The position numbers were made by a program, and so were the translations under genes. The notes under the pieces were generated by a model. The model was not told where the DNA came from and made no database searches. It worked only from the letters and a program-made list of their open reading frames with translations. A stretch of 27,119 bases of DNA from a virus (lineage: Duplodnaviria > Caudoviricetes), in IMG/VR virus record IMGVR_UViG_3300032143_000016, positions 1 to 27,119 of that record. One strand, written 5' to 3'. The first letter of the stretch is position 1. Every line of letters begins with the position of its first letter. This document shows positions 9,249-18,935 of the stretch, piece after piece.

Positions 9249-9995
9249 ATGCGATACTTAATTTTTATATTTTTATTTTGTTGTTCTCGTCATGACACCA
9301 AAGCTGATCCTCCGATTTTAGAGCAAGCAAAACCTATTTGGGAAAGTGCTTGCTCTGCTTATCAACCAAGTCAAACACAAAAATGCGATCGATCAACATT
9401 CGTTGCGTGGATGTCAGTAGCTTGTAATAAAGATTTTGGGATTCAAGAATACAAAAAAGAACCTGGAGTTTATTGGCGAGATACCGAAGATTGTTATGGA
9501 CAGGGTGAATCTAGGAGTCAATGTTCACGTGATGCTTATCTTGGTATTATTTTTTACGCATATACACATAACGACATACAAACTCTAGAAGAAATATACG
9601 ATTACGGTCGTGATCACGACTGGACTATGTGTGAAGGCGTAGAATCAGCAACCAATATAAAAGATTTATCTTATATTCTTAGTTCAATTCTAGGGAAAAA
9701 AGAAAAAATTCCAAATCCGATGTTAGGTTTTCGAGGGCATTTACTAGCAGGATATATTTGGTTAGATGCTATATACCATAAAGGTTCTATTCAATCACTT
9801 CTTTTACAACAACTTCATCACGAGACAAATGATAGTCCTTATTTTTCTGCTTTATACCATCGTTATTCAAACGACAACGATCAATCTGGTACACTATCAA
9901 GAATGATAAACGCATCTGGAAATTATGGTTGGGGTGGATCACCAGTTGAATTTCATAAAGCGGCAGCATATATGGTAATGGCAAATGAATATTGA
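9249..9995 (+). CDS. Putative lipoprotein of unknown function
   Basis: GGAGA SD before ATG 9249; signal MRYLIFIFLFCCS; helical, Cys-containing mature region. Confidence 0.65.
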   Translation: MRYLIFIFLFCCSRHDTKADPPILEQAKPIWESACSAYQPSQTQKCDRSTFVAWMSVACNKDFGIQEYKKEPGVYWRDTEDCYGQGESRSQCSRDAYLGIIFYAYTHNDIQTLEEIYDYGRDHDWTMCEGVESATNIKDLSYILSSILGKKEKIPNPMLGFRGHLLAGYIWLDAIYHKGSIQSLLLQQLHHETNDSPYFSALYHRYSNDNDQSGTLSRMINASGNYGWGGSPVEFHKAAAYMVMANEY

Positions 9996-10293
9996 TTATA
10001 CTCAAATTGGATTAACCACCATTACATCTATTTCTTCAGTGCTATTTTTTGTTTGGCGGAGGCATAGAAAAGAAATGAATAAAATAATTTCGTCAATAAC
10101 AGATTTAACAGCGACAATTCAAGTTTTAAGAAATGAAATAATGCACGAAAAGGATGCTATAAAAAGTCTTTCAAATTCTGTCTATATTCAGAATTCAATA
10201 ATTAGAGATTGTATTGAGAAAATTGGTATTGCATCTGGTAAAATAGATGTTTTGTGTGATTTATCAAAATTTAATGCAGAGGATCTACAATGA
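9985..10293 (+). CDS. Single-TM membrane protein with coiled coil (holin/antiholin candidate)
   Basis: N-terminal hydrophobic stretch followed by WRRHRK; lies upstream of the endolysin. Confidence 0.5.
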   Translation: MNIDYTQIGLTTITSISSVLFFVWRRHRKEMNKIISSITDLTATIQVLRNEIMHEKDAIKSLSNSVYIQNSIIRDCIEKIGIASGKIDVLCDLSKFNAEDLQ

Positions 10294-10544
10294 TTGAACA
10301 AATCTTTAGTTCGTGGCCAGAGGCAGGAAAATTTATATCTATTCTTTTAACGATTCAAATTGTTCTTCGTTTAGTTGCAGAAATATTGACTAGAATTTCT
10401 TCTCTTACTGGGAATAATAATAGTAAAATTGTTGGTTGGATTTCTGAACTTCTTTGGCTTCTTGGCGTGATCACGGGAAAACTAGGTTATGGTGTACCAA
10501 AATTAGTAATAGAGGAAACACGTGAAGCCAACAAAAACAAGTGA
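10290..10544 (+). CDS. Putative class II holin
   Basis: 84 aa, two hydrophobic segments, charged C-terminus, ATGA overlap, lysis context. Confidence 0.5.
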   Translation: MIEQIFSSWPEAGKFISILLTIQIVLRLVAEILTRISSLTGNNNSKIVGWISELLWLLGVITGKLGYGVPKLVIEETREANKNK

Positions 10545-10755
10545 TGTCTTAAAAGATTTAGTCCTTCTTTTTGCTTTTGTCATCATTCAGTGGTATCGAG
10601 ACAAAGAAGCAAGACTAGAGAAGGACTTACTTATAAAAGAATGTCAAGAGAAAATAAAAGATGAACAAGCTAAAATACCTGATTCTGGCACTGTTATTCG
10701 GGACTATCTCAAAAGCAGAGTGTTACTCGATTCAGGAAGAAAAGATAATATCTGA
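10522..10755 (+). CDS. N-anchored membrane protein (i-spanin candidate)
   Basis: GAGG SD, GTG start, LVLLFAFVIIQW TM followed by a charged helical region. Confidence 0.45.
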   Translation: MKPTKTSDVLKDLVLLFAFVIIQWYRDKEARLEKDLLIKECQEKIKDEQAKIPDSGTVIRDYLKSRVLLDSGRKDNI

Positions 10756-10972
10756 TGCAATTGTGTCTTTGCAAAAATGTGAAATAGATGTCAAATATAA
10801 AAATGAGTTAATAGAAAAATTAAAACCAACCCCGATTGCATTCTACCAAGAACCATTGTTTATTGTATCTGGAATCGTGATATCATTTAGTCTGGGAAGT
10901 ATTGCAACAATATTTTTACAGAGGTCTTATGATTTCAATCTACGACAAAGCGGACGCTATAGAATCCCTTAA
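10661..10972 (+). CDS. Signal peptide plus C-terminal TM protein (spanin-like candidate)
   Basis: Signal MNKLKYLILALLFGTISKAEC, coiled region, C-terminal PLFIVSGIVISFSLGSIATIFL; overlaps the previous ORF by 95 nt. Confidence 0.5.
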   Translation: MNKLKYLILALLFGTISKAECYSIQEEKIISDAIVSLQKCEIDVKYKNELIEKLKPTPIAFYQEPLFIVSGIVISFSLGSIATIFLQRSYDFNLRQSGRYRIP

Positions 10973-11510
10973 CGAAACTGCTGGGAAACCTTTAGACGCA
11001 AAAGGCATCACAATACATTATACAGCAGAACGTGATTTAGACGATGTCCTTGCTTCTTTAAAAATAAAAAAACTAGGTTATCATATTATTATCGAGCGCG
11101 ACGGGAAAGTAACTCAATTCGCTTCGTTTGATAAACGTATTGCACATTCAGGCTGGTCAGAATGGGAAGGTATTTCCCCAAATTCAAACCACATTGCCGT
11201 AGCTCTTTGTTCGTGGGGATGGCTACGTAAAATAAATTTAACGACATACGTTTCTTGGTGCGGTACAAATGTCCCGATTGACGATGTGATTAAAAAAAAG
11301 ATGTGGGATCAGTTTTATTGGGATCGTGCAACAAATGCACAGCTAGTGTCCCTGGAAAAACTTTTACACTGGTTAATAGATCAAGGAATTGATCCCAAAA
11401 ATATATGTGGTCACGACGAGTGTGCAATCCCTCTAGGACGCAAAGCAGATCCAGGGGGTATATTACCATTCACCATGACCGAACTACGCACTAGGCTTGC
11501 GGAAAAATGA
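10929..11510 (+). CDS. Endolysin, N-acetylmuramoyl-L-alanine amidase (Amidase_2)
   Basis: Zn-amidase motifs ITIHYTA, YHIIIERDG, AHSG and ICGHDE...RKADPG; AGAGG SD before ATG 10929. Confidence 0.9.
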   Translation: MISIYDKADAIESLNETAGKPLDAKGITIHYTAERDLDDVLASLKIKKLGYHIIIERDGKVTQFASFDKRIAHSGWSEWEGISPNSNHIAVALCSWGWLRKINLTTYVSWCGTNVPIDDVIKKKMWDQFYWDRATNAQLVSLEKLLHWLIDQGIDPKNICGHDECAIPLGRKADPGGILPFTMTELRTRLAEK

Positions 11511-11934
11511 CAGGTTCGAGTAATTGCAGTTGAATTGCATTTAGATTTGGTGGCAAACTTTCAAAATGCACTTTAAATAAGCTGATATCAACTTCTTCTT
11601 CGCAATCGATATGAAATTTTCTATTCTTTTCTTCTTGTTCTGCAATTACTTGTTCGTATTTATTTTCAAGAACACTCATGAATTGTTTATATTCTTCAGT
11701 ATCAATTTTATGTCGATCATGAATTTCACGAGCTTGTTTAGCATACTCGTTGAATTCCGCTGACCATGCTCTTTCGTCAAACAAAGGTCGAACGATTGGT
11801 TCGAGTAGGTTTAAATTACGCTTAATCATATAAGCAAATTTTGTACTCTGAATTTCTTTTAGTTCATTGAGTTTAGTAAATATATTCACCAATTCTCTTT
11901 TTTTAAATGACTCACTTAATTTCTCTAAAGACAT
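11491..11934 (-). CDS. Phage hypothetical protein (DUF1617-like)
   Basis: Helical protein with KFAYMIKRNLNLLEP and EEEVDI...LP pattern; likely ATG at 11934 overlapping the YqaJ end. Family name is from recall only. Confidence 0.5.
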   Translation of the reverse strand: MSLEKLSESFKKRELVNIFTKLNELKEIQSTKFAYMIKRNLNLLEPIVRPLFDERAWSAEFNEYAKQAREIHDRHKIDTEEYKQFMSVLENKYEQVIAEQEEKNRKFHIDCEEEVDISLFKVHFESLPPNLNAIQLQLLEPVIFPQA

Positions 11935-12715
11935 AGTAAAATGATCCCTTCTTTCTATAATTTTCCCAATCAATGTTCGGTACTGCTTTATAGTCAATTG
12001 TACCTTGTCTAAATGTTTTCGATATTTTCATACCATTACATATAATGTTTTCTTTGGGAAGCTTTTCTATTATTTGTTTTTTTAAAAATTCAAGGGTCGA
12101 TTCTGTTTGTTTTAATATTGCATTCATACTTCTATATTTTTCGACTAATTCTCCCAATTCTGGATCTTTTACCTTCTTGAAATCTCGGTCAGTCAATTCA
12201 GGTGGGGTTTGTTTTTGCACTAGATCCCAGAATTTTTTTAGTTCTTCAAGTAGTTTTCTAATATATTCTTCGTCTCTTCGTATTTCGATGACATGAATAT
12301 CAGTACCGTTAAAACCACAATAGTGAACAACATCAGAACCCGATGCCAAAAGTTGGTGTTGGAGTTGAGGATAGTAGCGGTCAGGAATTTTTCCATAATC
12401 GTCTTTTCCTACATATTTTATCTCTAAGATTGTTTCCCCATCATACCCGTCAAGTGATGCTCTGACAAATGGAAAATCAGGATGTTCACAAAAAAATACT
12501 GGCATCTCTTTTTTATAAAGACTTTCGTATTTTTGACGTGCAACGATTTCCATTTCATGCCCTTTGTTTGCCATATATTCATTCATTTTATGTTCAGATA
12601 ATCCAAGTTTTTCTTCCCATAATTGAAATCTTGTTTTGTAAGGGCTGACATTCATCACAACGGGTGCGTCGGATGCTCCAAGTCCAGCTTTTCTCCATTC
12701 GTGCCAATTTTCCAT
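11912..12715 (-). CDS. YqaJ-like viral recombinase / lambda-type exonuclease
   Basis: WHEWRKAGLGASD, GHEME, ASLDG, LEIK, YYPQLQHQL motifs; AAGGGG SD. Confidence 0.92.
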   Translation of the reverse strand: MENWHEWRKAGLGASDAPVVMNVSPYKTRFQLWEEKLGLSEHKMNEYMANKGHEMEIVARQKYESLYKKEMPVFFCEHPDFPFVRASLDGYDGETILEIKYVGKDDYGKIPDRYYPQLQHQLLASGSDVVHYCGFNGTDIHVIEIRRDEEYIRKLLEELKKFWDLVQKQTPPELTDRDFKKVKDPELGELVEKYRSMNAILKQTESTLEFLKKQIIEKLPKENIICNGMKISKTFRQGTIDYKAVPNIDWENYRKKGSFYYVFREIK

Positions 12716-12782
12716 ATTTTTCCCCTTTACAAAGTTTGTATAATAATTTATAAATACTTGTCAATAAAATAAAGGAAGACGT
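12716..12782. promoter_or_regulatory. Divergent promoter/operator region
   Basis: Minus-strand TTGACA (12764-12759) with TATACA 16 nt downstream; plus-strand TTTACA-N17-TATAAA; palindromes TACAAAGTTTGTA (12728-12740) and ATTTATAAAT (12746-12755). Confidence 0.6.
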
Positions 12783-13025
12783 ATGTTATTTAAATTATTA
12801 GAAAGTTGGCTTTCGATTGAGGGCAATACCAAAGCGAAATTGGCATCAGATTTAGGGTATGAATCATCAACAACAATTATACATTGGGAAAATAAACGAA
12901 AGATACCAAACTTCAGAAAAACACAATTGGAGAATTATTTAAATGAGTATTTTGCAAACTGTGACAAAGGGAAAAATAAAAAGACCACATCTAATGATAA
13001 TATACGGAGTAGCCGGAGTAGGTAA
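12783..13025 (+). CDS. Cro-like helix-turn-helix regulator
   Basis: TKAKLASDLGYESSTTIIHWENKRKIP HTH signature; AAGGAAG SD. Confidence 0.8.
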   Translation: MLFKLLESWLSIEGNTKAKLASDLGYESSTTIIHWENKRKIPNFRKTQLENYLNEYFANCDKGKNKKTTSNDNIRSSRSR

Positions 13026-13818
13026 AACTACCTTCGCCGCAAGCGCACCTAGTCCAATATTTTTATGCGCAGAGGATGGGACAAACAATCTAGATGTAGC
13101 AAGAATTAGAGGTATTCAAGATTGGGAAGAAATAAAAGAATTTTTATTGGAACTACATACAGAAAAACATAGTTATAAAACATTAGTTATAGATTCAATT
13201 GATTGGCTAGAACAAATTCTTTTTCAAAAAATATGTGGAAAAGAAGGTGTTAAAAATATAGAAAATGCTTGTGGTGGTTATGGTAAAGCATATACTGTAG
13301 CCTATAATGAATTTAAGATATTTATCAATTCAATAAATGTTCTTAGATCAGACGGTATGAATATCGTTTTAATAGCACACTCACAAATATCTAAGTTTTC
13401 AGACCCACAAAATCAAAGTGAATATAATAGATATGAAATGAAACTTAGTAAAAAGAATGCTGAACTATTTAAAGAATATGTCGATTGTGTTTTGTTTGCA
13501 AACTATGAACTATCATTTAGTAAGCAAGGAAATAAGACAAGAGTGTTTGGGGAAGGAAACAGATTCTTATATACCGAAAATAGACCTGGTTATGATGCAA
13601 AAAATAGATTTAGTTTACCCGAACAAATATCTCTAAACTGGCCTGAATACGCATCTTGTATTGAATCAGACATTGACGTATTAAAATCGCAAATAAATGA
13701 TTTATTAGTTCATACGACAGATAAAGATTTAAAAGAAAAAGTTGCGAAGGCCATTGTTGGTGCGGATATTAAAAAGTTAGAAAATATTAAAATTAAATTA
13801 GAGGAGAAAATTAAATGA
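12943..13818 (+). CDS. AAA_24 / Sak4-like ATPase (ssDNA annealing)
   Basis: Walker A YGVAGVGKT, Walker B VIDSID, IAH and AKNR motifs. Confidence 0.88.
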   Translation: MSILQTVTKGKIKRPHLMIIYGVAGVGKTTFAASAPSPIFLCAEDGTNNLDVARIRGIQDWEEIKEFLLELHTEKHSYKTLVIDSIDWLEQILFQKICGKEGVKNIENACGGYGKAYTVAYNEFKIFINSINVLRSDGMNIVLIAHSQISKFSDPQNQSEYNRYEMKLSKKNAELFKEYVDCVLFANYELSFSKQGNKTRVFGEGNRFLYTENRPGYDAKNRFSLPEQISLNWPEYASCIESDIDVLKSQINDLLVHTTDKDLKEKVAKAIVGADIKKLENIKIKLEEKIK

Positions 13819-14267
13819 GAGCAGGAAAAGTAAAAGGTAAAATTATTGATTACACATTGGGAGAAACAAAAGAAGGACATATGAAGGCTTTGGTACAGTT
13901 TAAAACCGAAGACGACGAAAAGGTAATGTGGACAGGTTTATTTCATACTCAAGGTTCTTTAGATCGCACACTAAAAGCTTTAATCATAATGGGATTATCA
14001 ACAAACGATTTAAGCAACATGGTCGATGGGCCATCGAATCAGATGTTAAACTTAAAAGAAGAATTTGAATTATTAGTTGAAGAACAAGTTTATAAAGATA
14101 AAGAAAATAAGGACAGAACAATTTATCAGGTTTCGTTTGTAAACAAGATAGGTCTAGTAGGAACAGTTACTAGAGAAAAAGCATTCGAGAAATTTAAAGA
14201 ACACGGGATCGTTGCAGCACTTGCGGCTTTAGGTTTTAAAAAATCAACAACTGAAATTCCATTTTAG
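13815..14267 (+). CDS. Putative ssDNA-binding protein
   Basis: Follows the Sak4-like gene; OB-fold-like beta pattern; C-terminal EIPF tail. Confidence 0.65.
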   Translation: MRAGKVKGKIIDYTLGETKEGHMKALVQFKTEDDEKVMWTGLFHTQGSLDRTLKALIIMGLSTNDLSNMVDGPSNQMLNLKEEFELLVEEQVYKDKENKDRTIYQVSFVNKIGLVGTVTREKAFEKFKEHGIVAALAALGFKKSTTEIPF

Positions 14268-14276
14268 GGAGTAATT

Positions 14277-14549
14277 ATGTTAATAGATGAAATAATATTT
14301 GAAAAACATCTTGAAGAAATGAAAGCTCCGAAGTCAGTAAACACACAGATTTTGACTGCAATTAGAACTGACAATTATTCTAGACTTAATCATTATTGTT
14401 GGTATCTAATTAAAAATATCACAAATTTGTATGCTTCGGAAAATGGAAATATTTACGCTCTATTCCAATATGCTCATGCTAAATTAGAACAACTCGAACC
14501 TTCAAGAAAACCAGATGACGCTTCGCTCGTATCAATCTTTGGCTCTTGA
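14277..14549 (+). CDS. Hypothetical protein
   Basis: GGGAG SD; 90 aa. Confidence 0.6.
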   Translation: MLIDEIIFEKHLEEMKAPKSVNTQILTAIRTDNYSRLNHYCWYLIKNITNLYASENGNIYALFQYAHAKLEQLEPSRKPDDASLVSIFGS

Positions 14550-15939
14550 CGAAATCAAAAAGTGTTTTGCGCAAGGAATCAAAAAGGTATTACTTCAAAT
14601 GCCTACAGGATCTGGCAAGACACTTTGTTTTTGTGAGATGCTTAAAGGTGTAAAAGAAAAAAATAAAAAAGCAATAATGGTCGTTCATGGTCGTAAACTT
14701 ATAGATCAGGCATCTAAACGTCTTGATCGAGAAGGCGTTGATCATGGCGTGGTGATGGCAAATCATTGGCGAAGACGACCACATGAAAATATTCAGATAT
14801 GTTCAATCGACACTTTAGTCGTAAGAAAAGTAATTCCAGATGCCGACATGGTAATCATTGATGAGTGTCATCAGGCAACGTCAAATGGCTACACGTGGTT
14901 AATGCAGCAATACGACGACAAGTTTATTCTTGGCGTGACTGCAACACCGTACTGTCAAAAATCATTAAGACATATTGCCGATGTAATTATAAATCCAATA
15001 TCACTTCAAAAGTTAATTGATCAAAATTATCTTGTCCCACCAGTTTACTTTTCTCCGTCAATCCCTGATTTGACTGGAGTTAGAACAATCAAAGGTGATT
15101 ACGATGTAGAAGAACTAGATAAGGTTTTAAATCAAAATTTACTTATTGGTGATATCGTAAGTAATTGGGTTAAACTTGGTGAGAATAGACCTACTCTAAC
15201 CTTTGGGATATCCGTAAATCATTCTAAAGCCATTGCCGAGGCGTTTAATAAAGTCGGAATACCAGCAGTACATATTGATGCCGAACACACCGATAAAGAA
15301 AGACAAGATGCTATAGATCAACTAGAACGTGGAGAAATAAAGATAATAAGTAACGTTGGAGTATTCTGTACCGGTGTCGATATCCCAGCCGTGTCATGTC
15401 TGATTCCTGCAAGACCTACAAAATCATATTCACTTTATATTCAACAGCTCGGACGCGGCACTAGATTATTTCCTGGGAAAAAAGATTTCTTAGTTATCGA
15501 TCATTCTGGAAATGTTTTACGTCACGGTTTAATTGAAGTTGAACGAGAAGGATCACTTGACCCGATTTTAACGGAAAAAAAACCCAGAGATGCTGGTCTT
15601 ACTACATGTGAAGTTTGTTATGCAATATATGCTAGAAATGAAAAATGTTGTCCACGTTGTGGGACTGCAAATCCAATGTATGAACGCGAAGAAAAACATT
15701 TAAGTCCATTGAAGGCTGATTTTAATCCAGCAGATATGGAACATTTACGCATTGTTGCACGTCGAGGTGCGTTAAAAGATATTGCCAAAAGAAAAGGCTA
15801 TAAAAGAGGTTGGATTTATTTTAAACTAAAAGAAGAATTTGGAGAAATTATAGCCGAACAATATATGCCAAAAAGAGATGTCCCTGATTGGGTAAAAAAA
15901 AACTGCGAAAAATATCCCCAAAAAATAGGGAAGAATTAA
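14515..15939 (+). CDS. SF2 DExH helicase with C-terminal Zn finger (RadD/YejH-like)
   Basis: LRSYQ, PTGSGKT, DECH, TATP, QQLGRGTR motifs; CEVC...CPRC. Confidence 0.93.
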   Translation: MTLRSYQSLALDEIKKCFAQGIKKVLLQMPTGSGKTLCFCEMLKGVKEKNKKAIMVVHGRKLIDQASKRLDREGVDHGVVMANHWRRRPHENIQICSIDTLVVRKVIPDADMVIIDECHQATSNGYTWLMQQYDDKFILGVTATPYCQKSLRHIADVIINPISLQKLIDQNYLVPPVYFSPSIPDLTGVRTIKGDYDVEELDKVLNQNLLIGDIVSNWVKLGENRPTLTFGISVNHSKAIAEAFNKVGIPAVHIDAEHTDKERQDAIDQLERGEIKIISNVGVFCTGVDIPAVSCLIPARPTKSYSLYIQQLGRGTRLFPGKKDFLVIDHSGNVLRHGLIEVEREGSLDPILTEKKPRDAGLTTCEVCYAIYARNEKCCPRCGTANPMYEREEKHLSPLKADFNPADMEHLRIVARRGALKDIAKRKGYKRGWIYFKLKEEFGEIIAEQYMPKRDVPDWVKKNCEKYPQKIGKN

Positions 15940-16075
15940 AAATCATTCTTTATATAAATGGATAATGAAAAACAATAAAAATTTATTAGTTCGACGAGTG
16001 CTTTGATTCAATGCACGAATTTAGGGATCATTCTTTTCTTTTAAAACACAGGCCAGAATCATTAGAAATATTATA

Positions 16076-16105
16076 TTGACAAACAAATGAAAACGAAATG
16101 ATACT
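16076..16105 (+). promoter_or_regulatory. Candidate sigma-70 promoter
   Basis: TTGACA-N18-GATACT in an AT-rich intergenic gap. Confidence 0.4.
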
Positions 16106-16134
16106 CTTCCATATCACACAACAACTTATGAATT

Positions 16135-16467
16135 GTGAAGATGGGATCAACTGCCGAACATCAAGACTTAGTTAACGAGATACTTAAAAAGTATGGCGCG
16201 CATCAATATTTAACAATCTGGAAAAATGCTACAGGCATGGCTTTTCGTGGGGAAACGTGCATCAAATTTGGCCTCAAAGGATCTGCCGATATTCTAGGAA
16301 TAATGAAACCATACGGACGATTTATTGCTATCGAGTGTAAATCAGGCAAAGCACAACAAAGTGCACAACAAAAAGCATTTCAGAAAATGATTATCGATTT
16401 TGGAGGTGTCTATATTGTGGCACGATCCATCGAAGACGTTGATAATCTTATACTTAATCATATTTAA
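16135..16467 (+). CDS. VRR-NUC domain nuclease
   Basis: GSADILG, FIAIECK, QSAQQKAF, GGVYIVARS motifs. Confidence 0.88.
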   Translation: MKMGSTAEHQDLVNEILKKYGAHQYLTIWKNATGMAFRGETCIKFGLKGSADILGIMKPYGRFIAIECKSGKAQQSAQQKAFQKMIIDFGGVYIVARSIEDVDNLILNHI

Positions 16468-16529
16468 AAAATCTACTTTACTAAACTATAATTCTTGTAT
16501 AATATTTTTCAAATCATTGAGGAAAACAT

Positions 16530-18935
16530 ATGCAAGAATTGTTGGCTTGGGCAAATCAAGTAGGTTACTCTTTACACTCTTTTGAACTAGATGGTAAAAT
16601 ACATCGCTTTGATCGTCATGGCAAAAAAAACGCTTGGTACGTAGGGTTTCAACTTCATACAATTAAAAATGGCGAACCATATTATATCCTCATTATTGGC
16701 GATTGGAAGACTGGTGACAAACAAGAATTTAGATCCAAGGTCAAATACGAAAGACAAGACAAAGAAATAATTTCGCAACGAATTGTCGAAGCACAACAAC
16801 GCGCTGAAGAAGAACGAGCAGTAAAACAAAAAGAAGCCGTCGAGTATGCAAATAAATTATGGAATCAAGCTAAACCAGTTTTCGCATCTGATTATTTCGA
16901 GCGGAAAAAAATAACCGAACTTCACGGATCGAAAACACAACTCGACGACGATGGCCGTATTGTATTTGTTCCAATGGTAGATATCAACAATGAATTGCAG
17001 GGACTTCAAAGAATATTTCCAGACGGGACGAAACGCTTTATAACAGGGCAAAAAACATCAGGACTTTTCCATGTGATTGGTTCTCTTGACGAAGAATTAT
17101 TCTATATCTGTGAAGGGTTTGCAACTGGAGCAAGCATTCGTCAGGCCACTGGTAAGACAACAATCGTATCATTCAACGCTACAAATCTTGTTAATGTAGC
17201 AACGGAAATTAGAAAAAAATATATTACAAAAACTATTATTATCTGTGGCGATGATGATACCAAGACAGAGGGAAATCCAGGTAGGACAAAGGCTTTAGAA
17301 GCGGCACGAGTATCATTGGGGAAAGCAATTTTCCCGGACGGGTATAACGATTTTAATGATATGTATGTGGATAAGGGGACGATAAAATTAGAAGTAGAAG
17401 AACCAGAGGTAGTTGGTTATATACCGCTTGGATTTTTAAATGGCAAGCATTTTTTCTTTGATAAAAAAACAAACACAATTAAACAGCTTTCCTCATTTTC
17501 TCCAACTGAAATGTTTGAACTGATGCCAATTGAATATTGGGAAACGGCTTATGTCGGAAAAAAAGGAATACGTTGGGATCAGGCAAGATCAGATATTATT
17601 CAACAATCAAATGCTGTCGGAATGTTTGATAACACACGTATTCGTGGGACTGGTGTTTGGTTGGACGGAGGGAAAGTTGTCGTCAACTCTGGCTGCGGGT
17701 TAGAAAGAAAAAAAAGCAGATACATTTATGTTGCATCTCAAAATAAGATGCTTAAAATAAATTCAGAAAAGTTATCAACAAACGATTGTGCAAAACTCGT
17801 TGATGCCTGTGCGCTTCTCAAGTGGAAAGATCCGAAATCTTTTATTTTACTTTCCGGTTGGCTAGCTATAGCTAGAATCGCCGGAGCGTTGCCTGTAAGA
17901 CCTCATGTGTGGGTAACAGGTGGATCAGGCACGGGGAAATCAACGTGCATAGATTTGATTGTAAGACCTTGTTTAGGTGACGATTCAAATTGGCTTTATC
18001 TCCAAGGCGGTGCTACCGAAGCTGGCATTAGACAGACTGTTCAGTATAATAGCATCCCAATAATTTTCGATGAATTTGAATCGACTAATATGCAAACGAA
18101 AGAACGTACACAAAATATTATTGAGTTACTCCGACAAACCTGGTCATTTACCAGTGGGCATATAATTAAAGGTTCTGCGACAGGAAAGCCAGAAAGATAT
18201 TCCCTGAACTTCGCCGCACTCGTTTCGAGTATTCGTATTACTCTGGAAAACGACGCAGACAGGTCGCGATTTTCGATCTTAGAACTTGATAATCATAATT
18301 CTGATCAAGAACATTTTAAGCGTCTTATGACCGCTGTGAATAAACTAGACACAAGTTTTGGCGAAAAGCTCTTTTCCAGAATGATCGAAATGATTCCCAT
18401 TATCGTCGAATCATACGAAGTTTTCCGATCCGTGATCGCTGGCATAATAAATCAACGTTACGGTCAACAATACGGCATGCTGTGCGCTGGTTGGTGGGCT
18501 TTGACAAGTGATAATGCTGTAACACAAAATGAAGCTAAAAGCATTGTTTCCGATCTAAATTTCGGTGAGCAGAAAATAGATAGTGAAGACACTGATCAGG
18601 TTGAATGTTTGAATCACTTGCTCACGACTAAAGTCAGAATCCAAGCACAACATTTATACTCGTCGTCGTCTGAAGAAAAAACTATTGCAGAAATTCTTGA
18701 GGCAAACTTACAACAGCAAACTGATCAATTAAAAACGTTTGGAATTTTAGTAAAAGATGATACGCTGATAATATCAGATACGCACAGTACTTTAAAGTCA
18801 GCTATCTTTCGCGGGACACGTTGGGAAAACGGTTGGGCAAAATCGCTCGCTAGACTTCCAGGTGCGGAAAAAGCGACACCGGCTAGATTTGGAAAATTAG
18901 TTACTCGTGCAACTAAAATTAAGCTTAATTCTTAA
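16530..18935 (+). CDS. TOPRIM primase fused to P-loop helicase
   Basis: TOPRIM motifs ICEGFATG, ICGDDD, DFND; Walker A GGSGTGKS; Walker B IIFDEFE; SRF; GAGG SD. Confidence 0.88.
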   Translation: MQELLAWANQVGYSLHSFELDGKIHRFDRHGKKNAWYVGFQLHTIKNGEPYYILIIGDWKTGDKQEFRSKVKYERQDKEIISQRIVEAQQRAEEERAVKQKEAVEYANKLWNQAKPVFASDYFERKKITELHGSKTQLDDDGRIVFVPMVDINNELQGLQRIFPDGTKRFITGQKTSGLFHVIGSLDEELFYICEGFATGASIRQATGKTTIVSFNATNLVNVATEIRKKYITKTIIICGDDDTKTEGNPGRTKALEAARVSLGKAIFPDGYNDFNDMYVDKGTIKLEVEEPEVVGYIPLGFLNGKHFFFDKKTNTIKQLSSFSPTEMFELMPIEYWETAYVGKKGIRWDQARSDIIQQSNAVGMFDNTRIRGTGVWLDGGKVVVNSGCGLERKKSRYIYVASQNKMLKINSEKLSTNDCAKLVDACALLKWKDPKSFILLSGWLAIARIAGALPVRPHVWVTGGSGTGKSTCIDLIVRPCLGDDSNWLYLQGGATEAGIRQTVQYNSIPIIFDEFESTNMQTKERTQNIIELLRQTWSFTSGHIIKGSATGKPERYSLNFAALVSSIRITLENDADRSRFSILELDNHNSDQEHFKRLMTAVNKLDTSFGEKLFSRMIEMIPIIVESYEVFRSVIAGIINQRYGQQYGMLCAGWWALTSDNAVTQNEAKSIVSDLNFGEQKIDSEDTDQVECLNHLLTTKVRIQAQHLYSSSSEEKTIAEILEANLQQQTDQLKTFGILVKDDTLIISDTHSTLKSAIFRGTRWENGWAKSLARLPGAEKATPARFGKLVTRATKIKLNS

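Noticed and set aside
16266-16292. Second GCCGATAT as a sigma-28 -10 box
   Set aside because: Inside the VRR-NUC gene, with no TAAA at the required 15-nt spacing.
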